DNA of 64,000 nucleotides from Convolutriloba macropyga (lineage: Eukaryota): positions 7,068,001 to 7,132,000 of the forward strand of contig NC_134481.1 in NCBI RefSeq assembly GCF_964194025.1, read 5' to 3'. Positions 26,781-40,538 of this stretch are shown here, piece after piece (position 1 is the first letter of the stretch; every line of letters starts with the position of its first letter). The notes beneath the pieces are model-generated. The model was not told the origin of the DNA. It ran no database searches and saw nothing but the letters and a program-made list of their open reading frames with translations. The translations under genes were made by a program, and so were the position numbers.

Positions 26781-28089
26781 TCCTAGCACATGGCAATCCA
26801 TTTTATGCGGCGATTCGATATGTTATGACAGTGCTAGAGAACGCACCAGATTTGTTAAGTGGATTGCCTTCAAGGGATTAACATAAAAATAGGCACTGCG
26901 GTCAATATCTATTTTACCTATACCTATGCATATACAGATAAGCAACCCTACAACATCGACAAGACTGATTGAAGGTCGTTACAATACAAGACTTTAAAAA
27001 TCCATTAAAAATCTAAATTTCATCCTATTTATTCTTTTCGCTGCAAAGTTTTTCAGCAACAAATGTCAGCAAAAAGAAGCATAGAAGGCTATTTCCTCTT
27101 CAATATATGTCTCTATAGCAATTGTTTACGCCAGTTGCCGATGTTGGGAAAAAGATTGGAAAAAAGATTACTTCACATTTTGGGAGAATTTAACAGCTAT
27201 AAAGGAACACATGAACAAGAAATGTGGTTTCCGATTGCACAACAAACAGCTGGAGAAACAAGCTTTCAAATTGGAACTTGAAAACTGGAGGGGTCAAAAA
27301 CCCTTCCAAAGAAATAGAAGCCCTAACACCACCACTACTACTACTACTACACTGAGCAAACGATGAAGGTGCATCTAAACTTATTCGTCGTTAGTCGGAT
27401 TTCTAACGATGTAAAAAACAAATGGACCTTCTGAAGCCGCTAGTTGACGCAAGCCAACCGAGAATCGAGAATGAGATCAAAAATGTAAAACGGAAGAAGA
27501 AGAACATTTCGACATAATCCGAAGTAACAGAAAAGTAACTTTTTCTGATGATCGGTTCAACAAAAACTTAAGAATCGCTCAATTTAACGCGGGAAAAATC
27601 ATTATATACAAATCCATTACAAAAATATTTATTGGCCGGCAAGCAAATTCAAGCTCTGTAGGGCTTTCTACGTACAAGCAATACGAGGTACAAATATTTT
27701 GTATGAATACAATTAGGTACAGCTGCCTATCGTTTCGAATCATGGAATACATCCATGTTCTCTTAAACCCCAAAACTGTGCAGTTCTGATTTGGTAAAAG
27801 AGTTGATTTTGGTCTTGATGGGTTAGTAAAAGTTATGTGCCTATACAACTTTTGATGCACCTTTTAAGGCTTCTTTCCTGATTCTGTTTGCTTAACACAG
27901 GCAAGATAATTTTTTTGTTGTTTAACTCATTTGTAATGTTGTTTAGTTATTCCAGCCAGATTTTCACCAACAACAATTGCTGCTCGATTCGATCACAAGG
28001 CTGGTACAACGTTTTGGGAACAATCTTCAAACAGAAACTAGGGGTCTTTTCCATTATAGCCCCCCATTATGGTATATAATGGGAGACTC

Positions 28090-28880
28090 AAACTCGAAAC
28101 TAGTAACTAGCCCACTTGTGGACGCTGCAGGGTCCCAAGGAAGAGCAGCGACGACACTTCAACGCCTAGTATCTATAATTTCGTCATCGTTCTTCTACTC
28201 ACCCGTCACCCACGACGCACGCCAGTTGTATTCGCTACCAAACCGGGAGGGTGGACTCAACAATAGGAAGCCAACAGAATACGACGTTGACTACGCGGCA
28301 TTTCTCGCAGCTGTGGAGCCTCTTCAAAATGAATTCAAGAATATTCACCTATACAGGATAGAGACAGGGTTGCAAAAAATCATGCATGACGCAAGCTATG
28401 GCGTCCGAGTAGAGTCATCACTTCAGTTGATAGGCGAAAGGTTTTACAACAAATGTACTAGCACTGCTGACAACGCTCGACTTGACATCAAAGAAAAAGG
28501 CTTTTCGGGGGTCCAGATTCAGTAGAACTTTCAGCGACGAGAAACTTTTTAGTTTCAGTCAGTTGGCCAAAATAAATGCCTACGATAAAATAAATTCATG
28601 CCCAAAAGAAACCAAGGAAGCCTACAAATATCACAAATCAAATAAAAATTGAAAAACATGAATAACAATTTTTGGATACTGAAAAATAGTAATTTTATTC
28701 CGCTTGTGTTTTCCTGCTTGGGAGGTGCAGGGCCCTCCACAACACGCATTTTTAAGCAACTGGAAACATAATTCTGAAAGACAAGAAGCCGCGTACTCGG
28801 ACAAAATAATCACATTCGAACGAATATAAGTTTCCCTACCTTAATCACTGTGGTATTATGTCAGCCTCAGGACGCGGCAC
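28090..28880 (+). mobile_element. Internally deleted 3' fragment of a CRE-clade (RLE) non-LTR retrotransposon
   Basis: Peptides ARQLYSLPNREGGLN, NARLDIKEKGF (RLE), FIPLVFSCLGGAGPS and RTNISF, homologous to the copy at 61.3-63.8 kb. Confidence 0.7.
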
Positions 28881-29149
28881 CTAGAGCCCAGCAAATCGAT
28901 GTTAGTTTAATATTGACACTTGAGGTGAGATTAAATACGCTGCTGTGATGTTTCATAGTGGGGGCTCACTGTTCCGTTCATTGTTTGGATCATAGCCCCT
29001 TTTTTATGAATAACAATTTCAAAAAAGTATGGATACATCTAGGACAGCAGCCGCCTTTATCCTACAAGGGTAACTTCTGAGGTTTATACTGAAGGACACC
29101 GGCTCAGGGAGAGTGCGCCACGGAGGCATATGGAACTAGGCAAGAGCGC

Positions 29150-29800
29150 GAAATTTTGTCCTAACGTAGATTATCATGTCCGAAAATGAATTGTAATTGA
29201 GAAGATTAACGACTCGACTTCCCTTATCCTTTCAACTTCTCGATGGACTCGTGACTTCGTGATTCTTCTAGGACCAACTCTTGGCATATGGATTAAACAT
29301 TTTCGCATCAAATAAACTTCCAGCAGAAACGGTATACAACGAAGCCTTCAGATTTGACATCTAGTCCCATTTTGAGCAATGCAGAGCGTGCGCTACAATA
29401 AAAAATTTTCAACAGGCGGATATTGTTGGCATTTTATCGGAACCCATCCATATCTAAGGGCCATTCCATCTCTGAACTCTCCATTAGTTAGATTGAAATT
29501 TATATCTTTCCATTGCAAGCTAATATGGCGGTTAAAATTCCATAGCCAATTTTAGATAACGTGCTCCTCCTTCATTTATGAGATCTTTCAACGTCAATTT
29601 TGTGACCGGGCCCGCTCCTGCATATCTTGTCTAATATTCGGAAGGATTCTCTCCTCATGAAAATCTGGATCTACAGCGTTTTGCTTCTGTAACCACTCGC
29701 ATATGTGAGCAGATCATTCATATTCATTTGCACTGTCCTCAGGTCGAAGAATGTTTAGGCCGCTGGATGCGATGAAACCTTCCGCTATTCATCATTGTGG
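29150..29800 (+). mobile_element. Possible very degraded LINE 3' coding remnant
   Basis: Only patchy peptide similarity to post-RT regions of CR1/L2-type ORF2; no intact frame. Confidence 0.25.
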
Positions 29801-30299
29801 GAAGCGTGGTTTATTATTGAAGGGATAAAATTTTTCTCGATTTTGTTTTCGGCTCCACGAAATGGACTGTCAGAATTGGTCTAGCATCTCTTATAAAAAA
29901 CATAAAAAATATGTTTGGCAAAGAAACGAAGACACTTTCTACCATGCATACCAAATGTGAAATAGAACGCTTTTTACATAAATGAACGTATAAATTAGAA
30001 CCTCACCAAACAAGAGTCCACTAAGAGGTCTGATTGACCTGTTTTCCAAAACCTCTACCGGAGAAAAAAAATTTGACTAATATGGAAAATTAAAATTGGA
30101 TTAAAAACCTTAAAAAGTTTTGGAATTGTTTAGGTAAAAATCATTCTCATTAACTGACAATTTTTAAATTGTATTTGTCTAGAAAGTTATGCACAAGTTA
30201 CAGTGTCTCCTAATCGTTGAAATTTTTAAAACCCTGTCTACCAGCTTAATTTAGATATTTAAAACGTAAAAATTTTTCTTGTACTATTATCCAAACAAT

Positions 30300-32990
30300 T
30301 TTTCATACTCGATCGAACAATTGTTGAAATTTTCTTACATTAACCACTCAATAAGTTTTCTTTTTCTCTGCAGCTCAGCAAATTTGACAGTGTTCCAATT
30401 TTGCAATCTTCGCGAAGTAAAAAAGCAGGTATTTTAAAAAACCCCCTATATATGTAGTTCCTTAACAGTAAAGCTAATATTCCTCTCTTAAGGAGCCGAG
30501 CGAATCGAATTTTACTTTGCGGAAGATAATTTGAATTGAACGTTTGGTTAGTTATCCAATACATTTGGAATATCCGACCGGATGGCTTTTGGATTAACTG
30601 ACTTGGATTAACAGACCGAATGTTTGAAATAAAATTGAACTAATTGACAGCATGTTTGAGTTTTTCTTTGCCCGAAAATATGTCACAGAATTCGACTAGG
30701 CGTTTTTCAAAGTGGAGTAGATGCTGTCAAAAACTTAATTGACTATCAACAACCACCCCTAGGCATTTGAAATTTAACACAGCTTCAGTCTTTCGAGTTT
30801 TATTAGTGAATTGCTTCTCAAGGCAAAAAATAAACTACCATTAAAAAGCATGTTTTTGGTTTGCCTTGCGAGATATCATATTCTCTTTTATCCAATCATT
30901 CGCTTCGTCCAGTGCTCATTGGCGATTTTTGAAGAAATCATTGCAACTGCGTTCCGTTACAATAGTTGTGTTATTGACAGAGAAATTGGCCTGGGCCCTT
31001 ATGCGTTGATATGATGTTAATGAAGATAGGAAAAAGAATTGAACCGGGATAGGCAGCAGAGGCAAACTTGATTCTAATACTTGCGACAATGACTTTTTAG
31101 TTCCGATTTCAATGTTTTTCAGTTTTTGAGAGACCATTCAATTAGTTGGTACGTTTATTATCTGAAAACGATAAGAGAAAACCGTAACAAAAACATTTTC
31201 GAAAAAAAAACATTTAACGATGGATAGTGTAAACGCTTTCTTTGAATCAGAGAATGTAGAAAAAGGCTTATTAGAGCTGATTCACTATGTCACAGAATTC
31301 GACTAGGCGTTTTTCAAAGTGGAGTAGATGCTGTCAAAAACTTAATTGACTATCAACAACCACCCCTAGGCATTTGAAATTTAACACAGCTTCAGTCTTT
31401 CGAGTTTTATTAGTGAATTGCTTCTCAAGGCAAAAAATAAACTACCATTAAAAAGCATGTTTTTGGTTTGCCTTGCGAGATATCATATTCTCTTTTATCC
31501 AATCATTCGCTTCGTCCAGTGCTCATTGGCGATTTTTGAAGAAATCATTGCAACTGCGTTCCGTTACAATAGTTGTGTTATTGACAGAGAAATTGGCCTG
31601 GGCCCTTATGCGTTGATATGATGTTAATGAAGATAGGAAAAAGAATTGAACCGGGAATAGGCAGCAGAGGCAAACTTGATTCTAATACTTGCGACAATGA
31701 CTTTTTAGTTCCGATTTCAATGTTTTTCAGTTTTTGAGAGACCATTCAATTAGTTGGTACGTTTATTATCTGAAAACGATAAGAGAAAACCGTAACAAAA
31801 ACATTTTCGAAAAAAAAACATTTAACGATGGATAGTGTAAACGCTTTCTTTGAATCAGAGAATGTAGAAAAAGGCTTATTAGAGCTGATTCACTGACCTT
31901 TGCGGACTTTTTCAACCAAAGTAGCAAATACTAGCACCAACCGTGCTCCGTTTTCTCCAAAACCCCTATCAATTTTCACTCAGTTATCTAAAAACAACCA
32001 AGGAACTGCACTATTCTGTTATAGATAAGCCTCTCAAATTTTTTCGATTATTGGTAATAGCGAGATAGGCCTATAGTAAAAACATTGAGATTCTTCACCC
32101 ACTTTGTGCTGCGATGCCATTTTTGCAATTGTTAAGCATCAGAAAAATAACCATTAGTAATTCATCTACAAATAAACTCAAATATTTTGCAATAGGAGCT
32201 TAAATTTTTTTAAAGAATATATGATTCCAGCCATAGCAATCCAAAACAATATTTAGAACAAATCGGCAAAGCCTCTTCTATTTTTTTCTTTGTAATGATG
32301 CAGAAGAAGGAATTGTTGATCATCAAAGTGGGCTTCGTTTTAGGTTTTGGTTCATTTTCAGATGTTTTTTCCAATATGCGCCATAAATTGTTGATAATAT
32401 CCTCATCTCTTTTTATGCAAATTTGTTTTGTTCCTTATTCAGTTCAATCAACAATTCTCTAGTTACTTTTCCTATTGGTGGTTTCACTTTTCATGGGACA
32501 AAGTTTGTCCAGTTATCAGCAGATTTTTCTGTGGACTAGAACGCTGTTAGTCAATTGTTATGATTTCAGTAGACAGCTCCTCTAATCTTTCATCCAAAAG
32601 CGCCTGTGCGTATTTCCAGTTTCCAGTCAAAATACTGAACAACACGTTGCTGTAGAGGTTGCTCCAACTGTTGCAATTACAGTATGGTGATCCCTAACAT
32701 CAGACTGATATGTTGACATTTCAATAGGGCGATTAGAGAAAAAGACCTCTAGGTATGTTTTTGTGGAAGCAGTTTCCATAGTCGGCAATAAAATATTTGA
32801 AATATCAGGATTGCTCCATTCATTAAATTTATCAATCTATTTTGTTTGGTTGCTTTCGATATAGATTAGCGTTAAAGTCAACGCAAACAAATGGGAGAGT
32901 TTCAGGTGAAACAAGAAGTTCCTCGAGCTACTGTTCAAGTACGCACGTTGAACGTTTCAAAAGTTTTGAGAAAGCGTTTTGAGAAATGTA
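30300..32990 (-). mobile_element. Degraded CR1/L2-type LINE ORF2 (APE endonuclease + RT)
   Basis: Minus-strand remnants in the expected order: VCVDFNANL (GDFN-like, ~32880), RDHH (SDH-like, ~32690), YYRPISLLPII...ERLIYNRI (~32070-32010), DSKKAF (~31840), GSIL (~31650). Many stops and frameshifts. Confidence 0.65.
30679..31893. repeat. 607-bp near-perfect tandem duplication (30679-31285, 31286-31893)
   Basis: TATGTCACAGAATTCG starts both copies; identical 67-aa ORFs are offset by 607. Only 1-nt indel differences were seen. Confidence 0.95.
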
Positions 32991-32992
32991 CA

Positions 32993-35900
32993 CAAAAGAT
33001 ACCAGCAATTTGTTTGTCATATAATATACCGCAGAACTCAGAATCTATAGAATATTTCAAACTGGTTTCTATTCAACATTAAAATTAGGGTTCTTTATCA
33101 TAAAAAGGCCTACACCTCATCAAGGTTTTTCAGGGGAAGGTAACCATCAAGATTGACAATTCCGTCTGAATGTTTATTCAGAAAACCGAGAATCATTAAT
33201 GCAAATCAAGTCAGGATTAAATGTAACTAATTTCAGGTAATTCATAAACTCTTCAAAATTTTGTGGCACACATCTATGTTTTGCAGCCTTAAAAAAGACA
33301 TTTTCGGAACGCTAGCATTATTTATTTCGCTGTTGACCATTAGTGTTGGAAAATAAAATACAATAAACCCGAGGATTTAATCCTTTGCAAACGTTTCTCG
33401 AATGAGTTTGAACGTTGTAGCGAGCAAAAAGTAATTATAACTCAAACAAAGATACAATGCCTGTTTACATTCCTTTTTTTGTGGTTTATTCTTATACCGG
33501 TAGTTTGAAGATCTTGAACAGGCTTCGCGGAAACCACCGAGTGCTAAGAAGCCCAAGGATGTGGAAAAAATTATTCAGCTCCAAGCACCCAAACTTGGTT
33601 CGCGAAAATTGCAACACAGGTTGAAGTTTCCCGCTGAACTCAAACATTGAAGCTGAACTCACAAGTGCCGCACGGATTCTATTCCTGAAAAATTATTATA
33701 CCTGTTCAAAAGTCTTAAATAATAGTTGACGTACTTATAATCCTCTAGAAGCAGATAATAAAGTATAATTAAAGCAACAAAAATGGTTAAGTCAGTCAAA
33801 CGGAAAGGTCAAGTTCAGAATTAGTTAACTTCAAGTTTTTCGAGAGCTGTAACACTTAGATGGTTTCCTTGTTGGAGCGTTTGACATTCGGCATCTCTCG
33901 GTCACTTGCAGAAAAAGTTTTCTCGAACGGTTGTTTAAAAGGATTCAGGCTGTCAAGAGTATCAACCTCAAAGAAAGGAATACATCCAATCGTCCGTAAT
34001 TTCAGCTGAAGATATTGCACTTGACAAATAACTTTTCAGCATAATGCACAAAAAGTGGTCTCATATTTATTTCGCTATCCTCTACATCTCAAAACAGTGA
34101 CACAAAAAGGATATATTCATCGAAGAAAAATCGGTCAAGACGAAAAATCGGTCAAGCGAAAAATTGCATGAAAAAAGACCGAGAGGACTAATATAATTGC
34201 TACAAACTTCGTTTGAGAGCAATTAATAAGAGAGAGGAAGTAAGTTACGAGTGACCAAACACCATCCCCGCGAATGATCAAATAAACTCTGTCACGAACG
34301 CAATTGTCAGAATTGAATTAATGAATGAGCAAAAGGCAGATTTGAAGTTAGTGACGTCTTATTTAAACAATCTTGACGAAAAAAACATCGCGACAAGCCA
34401 AAATTTACAATTCAAAGAACTGAATAACAAACAAACTATCAAACAAATCAAAGAATAGCCTCTGATAGTTGACAAAGCATACAGCCGTTCATACACCAAA
34501 ATGAAAACAGAAAAATATTTTTACATTATTTCCCGTTTTCCTCTATTTTCGAAAATCAGTATTGTCAAATCTGAAAACACAAATTAGCGGTCACATAAAA
34601 GGTCGAAAGTTGTATTACAAACACTACGTGAGAAACGCAAAATTAACAGCCAACAGGCAAAAAAATTATCGATACTTTTTGAAAACATAATGTGAAACTA
34701 ATTAGAATTCTTCCGTGCAAATAGATTCCCCTCTTCCTGTTGTCTCTGTCGGGAAAATCAACTCTGTTCAGTAACAAAACTAAGGAAAGGAATAGATGAG
34801 GTCAAAACTTGCTAGCATGAAAATCTTTATTTGAAAACAATGCAAATGAAATCCACAAGCAGTATAACTTATGCCATGTTAAAACGCCGACGAGGCCTTT
34901 CATTGCTAGCCTTAAAAACAGGAGATGAAAAGTAGCAAAAATTATGAGCAAAACTCATAACTCACAAAACTCCACAAAATACATAGCTAAAAGAAAAAAA
35001 TTGAAAATAAAAGTTTTTGACCAAGCTTTCAACCAAGACACTTACTTAATTACGATCACTGATGCATTGCCATCAAGTCGACAGCGCATGCGATTATTGA
35101 TCCTAGGCAACAGAAAAAAAAAGAGAAAAGGACTATAATTTCGCGCGAAAAAATTATAAACGAATTATTGCCAAACTCATCGAAAGCAACTAGCTATCAG
35201 TATTAAAAATTACGGTCTCTAACGTCTCATCTGAAAACCAATAGAGCTTGATATTGATCAGACTAAGTGTGATCACAGAATAAACAAGCACAAATAAAAC
35301 TGAACAAATCATGGATGTTTTTTGAAAACACGTCAACGTAAAAAAAAACCTGACAATGAAACCAAAAACACAATAGCAAACTAAAGAAAGCACAATATCA
35401 AAATAAAAAACTACCTTATTAGAAGGCTAACAGGACCTTTTATAAATAAGACTAAATGTTAACAGAATGAGAAGATTAACAAACAAGGGCAAAACTCAAA
35501 AATAAACTCAAAAGATACCAGCAATTTGTTTGTCATATAATATACCGCAGAACTCAGAATCTATAGAATATTTCAAACTGGTTTCTATTCAACATTAAAA
35601 TTAGGGTTCTTTATCATAAAAAGGCCTACACCTCATCAAGGTTTTTCAGGGGAAGGTAACCATCAAGATTGACAATTCCGTCTGAATGTTTATTCAGAAA
35701 ACCGAGAATCATTAATGCAAATCAAGTCAGGATTAAATGTAACTAATTTCAGGTAATTCATAAACTCTTCAAAATTTTGTGGCACACATCTATGTTTTGC
35801 AGCCTTAAAAAAGACATTTTCGGAACGCTAGCATTATTTATTTCGCTGTTGACCATTAGTGTTGGAAAATAAAATACAATAAACCCGAGGATTTAATCCT

Positions 35901-38900
35901 TTGCAAACGTTTCTCGAATGAGTTTGAACGTTGTAGCGAGCAAAAAGTAATTATAACTCAAACAAAGATACAATGCCTGTTTACATTCCTTTTTTTGTGG
36001 TTTATTCTTATACCGGTAGTTTGAAGATCTTGAACAGGCTTCGCGGAAACCACCGAGTGCTAAGAAGCCCAAGGATGTGGAAAAAATTATTCAGCTCCAA
36101 GCACCCAAACTTGGTTCGCGAAAATTGCAACACAGGTTGAAGTTTCCCGCTGAACTCAAACATTGAAGCTGAACTCACAAGTGCCGCACGGATTCTATTC
36201 CTGAAAAATTATTATACCTGTTCAAAAGTCTTAAATAATAGTTGACGTACTTATAATCCTCTAGAAGCAGATAATAAAGTATAATTAAAGCAACAAAAAT
36301 GGTTAAGTCAGTCAAACGGAAAGGTCAAGTTCAGAATTAGTTAACTTCAAGTTTTTCGAGAGCTGTAACACTTAGATGGTTTCCTTGTTGGAGCGTTTGA
36401 CATTCGGCATCTCTCGGTCACTTGCAGAAAAAGTTTTCTCGAACGGTTGTTTAAAAGGATTCAGGCTGTCAAGAGTATCAACCTCAAAGAAAGGAATACA
36501 TCCAATCGTCCGTAATTTCAGCTGAAGATATTGCACTTGACAAATAACTTTTCAGCATAATGCACAAAAAGTGGTCTCATATTTATTTCGCTATCCTCTA
36601 CATCTCAAAACAGTGACACAAAAAGGATATATTCATCGAAGAAAAATCGGTCAAGACGAAAAATCGGTCAAGCGAAAAATTGCATGAAAAAAGACCGAGA
36701 GGACTAATATAATTGCTACAAACTTCGTTTGAGAGCAATTAATAAGAGAGAGGAAGTAAGTTACGAGTGACCAAACACCATCCCCGCGAATGATCAAATA
36801 AACTCTGTCACGAACGCAATTGTCAGAATTGAATTAATGAATGAGCAAAAGGCAGATTTGAAGTTAGTGACGTCTTATTTAAACAATCTTGACGAAAAAA
36901 ACATCGCGACAAGCCAAAATTTACAATTCAAAGAACTGAATAACAAACAAACTATCAAACAAATCAAAGAATAGCCTCTGATAGTTGACAAAGCATACAG
37001 CCGTTCATACACCAAAATGAAAACAGAAAAATATTTTTACATTATTTCCCGTTTTCCTCTATTTTCGAAAATCAGTATTGTCAAATCTGAAAACACAAAT
37101 TAGCGGTCACATAAAAGGTCGAAAGTTGTATTACAAACACTACGTGAGAAACGCAAAATTAACAGCCAACAGGCAAAAAAATTATCGATACTTTTTGAAA
37201 ACATAATGTGAAACTAATTAGAATTCTTCCGTGCAAATAGATTCCCCTCTTCCTGTTGTCTCTGTCGGGAAAATCAACTCTGTTCAGTAACAAAACTAAG
37301 GAAAGGAATAGATGAGGTCAAAACTTGCTAGCATGAAAATCTTTATTTGAAAACAATGCAAATGAAATCCACAAGCAGTATAACTTATGCCATGTTAAAA
37401 CGCCGACGAGGCCTTTCATTGCTAGCCTTAAAAACAGGAGATGAAAAGTAGCAAAAATTATGAGCAAAACTCATAACTCACAAAACTCCACAAAATACAT
37501 AGCTAAAAGAAAAAAATTGAAAATAAAAGTTTTTGACCAAGCTTTCAACCAAGACACTTACTTAATTACGATCACTGATGCATTGCCATCAAGTCGACAG
37601 CGCATGCGATTATTGATCCTAGGCAACAGAAAAAAAAAGAGAAAAGGACTATAATTTCGCGCGAAAAAATTATAAACGAATTATTGCCAAACTCATCGAA
37701 AGCAACTAGCTATCAGTATTAAAAATTACGGTCTCTAACGTCTCATCTGAAAACCAATAGAGCTTGATATTGATCAGACTAAGTGTGATCACAGAATAAA
37801 CAAGCACAAATAAAACTGAACAAATCATGGATGTTTTTTGAAAACACGTCAACGTAAAAAAAAAACCTGACAATGAAACCAAAAACACAATAGCAAACTA
37901 AAGAAAGCACAATATCAAAATAAAAAACTACCTTATTAGAAGGCTAACAGGACCTTTTATAAATAAGACTAAATGTTAACAGAATGAGAAGATTAACAAA
38001 CAAGGGCAAAACTCAAAAATAAACTCAAAAGATACCAGCAATTTGTTTGTCATATAATATACCGCAGAACTCAGAATCTATAGAATATTTCAAACTGGTT
38101 TCTATTCAACATTAAAATTAGGGTTCTTTATCATAAAAAGGCCTACACCTCATCAAGGTTTTTCAGGGGAAGGTAACCATCAAGATTGACAATTCCGTCT
38201 GAATGTTTATTCAGAAAACCGAGAATCATTAATGCAAATCAAGTCAGGATTAAATGTAACTAATTTCAGGTAATTCATAAACTCTTCAAAATTTTGTGGC
38301 ACACATCTATGTTTTGCAGCCTTAAAAAAGACATTTTCGGAACGCTAGCATTATTTATTTCGCTGTTGACCATTAGTGTTGGAAAATAAAATACAATAAA
38401 CCCGAGGATTTAATCCTTTGCAAACGTTTCTCGAATGAGTTTGAACGTTGTAGCGAGCAAAAAGTAATTATAACTCAAACAAAGATACAATGCCTGTTTA
38501 CATTCCTTTTTTTGTGGTTTATTCTTATACCGGTAGTTTGAAGATCTTGAACAGGCTTCGCGGAAACCACCGAGTGCTAAGAAGCCCAAGGATGTGGAAA
38601 AAATTATTCAGCTCCAAGCACCCAAACTTGGTTCGCGAAAATTGCAACACAGGTTGAAGTTTCCCGCTGAACTCAAACATTGAAGCTGAACTCACAAGTG
38701 CCGCACGGATTCTATTCCTGAAAAATTATTATACCTGTTCAAAAGTCTTAAATAATAGTTGACGTACTTATAATCCTCTAGAAGCAGATAATAAAGTATA
38801 ATTAAAGCAACAAAAATGGTTAAGTCAGTCAAACGGAAAGGTCAAGTTCAGAATTAGTTAACTTCAAGTTTTTCGAGAGCTGTAACACTTAGATGGTTTC

Positions 38901-40538
38901 CTTGTTGGAGCGTTTGACATTCGGCATCTCTCGGTCACTTGCAGAAAAAGTTTTCTCGAACGGTTGTTTAAAAGGATTCAGGCTGTCAAGAGTATCAACC
39001 TCAAAGAAAGGAATACATCCAATCGTCCGTAATTTCAGCTGAAGATATTGCACTTGACAAATAACTTTTCAGCATAATGCACAAAAAGTGGTCTCATATT
39101 TATTTCGCTATCCTCTACATCTCAAAACAGTGACACAAAAAGGATATATTCATCGAAGAAAAATCGGTCAAGACGAAAAATCGGTCAAGCGAAAAATTGC
39201 ATGAAAAAAGACCGAGAGGACTAATATAATTGCTACAAACTTCGTTTGAGAGCAATTAATAAGAGAGAGGAAGTAAGTTACGAGTGACCAAACACCATCC
39301 CCGCGAATGATCAAATAAACTCTGTCACGAACGCAATTGTCAGAATTGAATTAATGAATGAGCAAAAGGCAGATTTGAAGTTAGTGACGTCTTATTTAAA
39401 CAATCTTGACGAAAAAAACATCGCGACAAGCCAAAATTTACAATTCAAAGAACTGAATAACAAACAAACTATCAAACAAATCAAAGAATAGCCTCTGATA
39501 GTTGACAAAGCATACAGCCGTTCATACACCAAAATGAAAACAGAAAAATATTTTTACACTATTTCCCGTTTTCCTCTATTTTCGAAAATCAGTATTGTCA
39601 AATCTGAAAACACAAATTAGCGGTCACATAAAAGGTCGAAAGTTGTATTACAAACACTACGTGAGAAACGCAAAATTAACAGCCAACAGGCAAAAAAATT
39701 ATCGATACTTTTTGAAAACATAATGTGAAACTAATTAGAATTCTTCCGTGCAAATAGATTCCCCTCTTCCTGTTGTCTCTGTCGGGAAAATCAACTCTGT
39801 TCAGTAACAAAACTAAGGAAAGGAATAGATGAGGTCAAAACTTGCTAGCATGAAAATCTTTATTTGAAAACAATGCAAATGAAATCCACAAGCAGTATAA
39901 CTTATGCCATGTTAAAACGCCGACGAGGCCTTTCATTGCTAGCCTTAAAAACAGGAGATGAAAAGTAGCAAAAATTATGAGCAAAACTCATAACTCACAA
40001 AACTCCACAAAATACATAGCTAAAAGAAAAAAATTGAAAATAAAAGTTTTTGACCAAGCTTTCAACCAAGACACTTACTTAATTACGATCACTGATGCAT
40101 TGCCATCAAGTCGACAGCGCATGCGATTATTGATCCTAGGCAACAGAAAAAAAAAGAGAAAAGGACTATAATTTCGCGCGAAAAAATTATAAACGAATTA
40201 TTGCCAAACTCATCGAAAGCAACTAGCTATCAGTATTAAAAATTACGGTCTCTAACGTCTCATCTGAAAACCAATAGAGCTTGATATTGATCAGACTAAG
40301 TGTGATCACAGAATAAACAAGCACAAATAAAACTGAACAAATCATGGATGTTTTTTGAAAACACGTCAACGTAAAAAAAAACCTGACAATGAAACCAAAA
40401 ACACAATAGCAAACTAAAGAAAGCACAATATCAAAATAAAAAACTACCTTATTAGAAGGCTAACAGGACCTTTTATAAATAAGACTAAATGTTAACAGAA
40501 TGAGATGATTAACAAACAAGGGCAAAACTCAAAAATAA
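32993..40538. repeat. Tandem triplication of a ~2516-bp non-coding block (starts 32993, 35509, 38026)
   Basis: CAAAAGATACCAGCAATTTG starts each copy; identical short ORFs recur at offsets 2516/2517. Only a few SNP or homopolymer differences. Confidence 0.97.
34125..34230 (+). repeat. Dispersed ~100-bp repeat ending in a hairpin (also in triplicate copies 2 and 3 and at ~60405-60495); possible Helitron/Helentron-type terminus
   Basis: GACGAAAAATC(G/T)GTCAAGCGAAAAAT...GACTAATATAATTGC(T/C)ACAAACTTCGTTTGAGAGCAATTAA; AATTGC..CAAAC/GTTTG..GCAATT form a stem. Confidence 0.55.

Noticed and set aside
34944-40426. Repeated 60-67 aa ORFs as a tandem gene family
   Set aside because: They recur only because the block is triplicated. 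They are short, A-rich and motif-free, and one is altered by a homopolymer indel.
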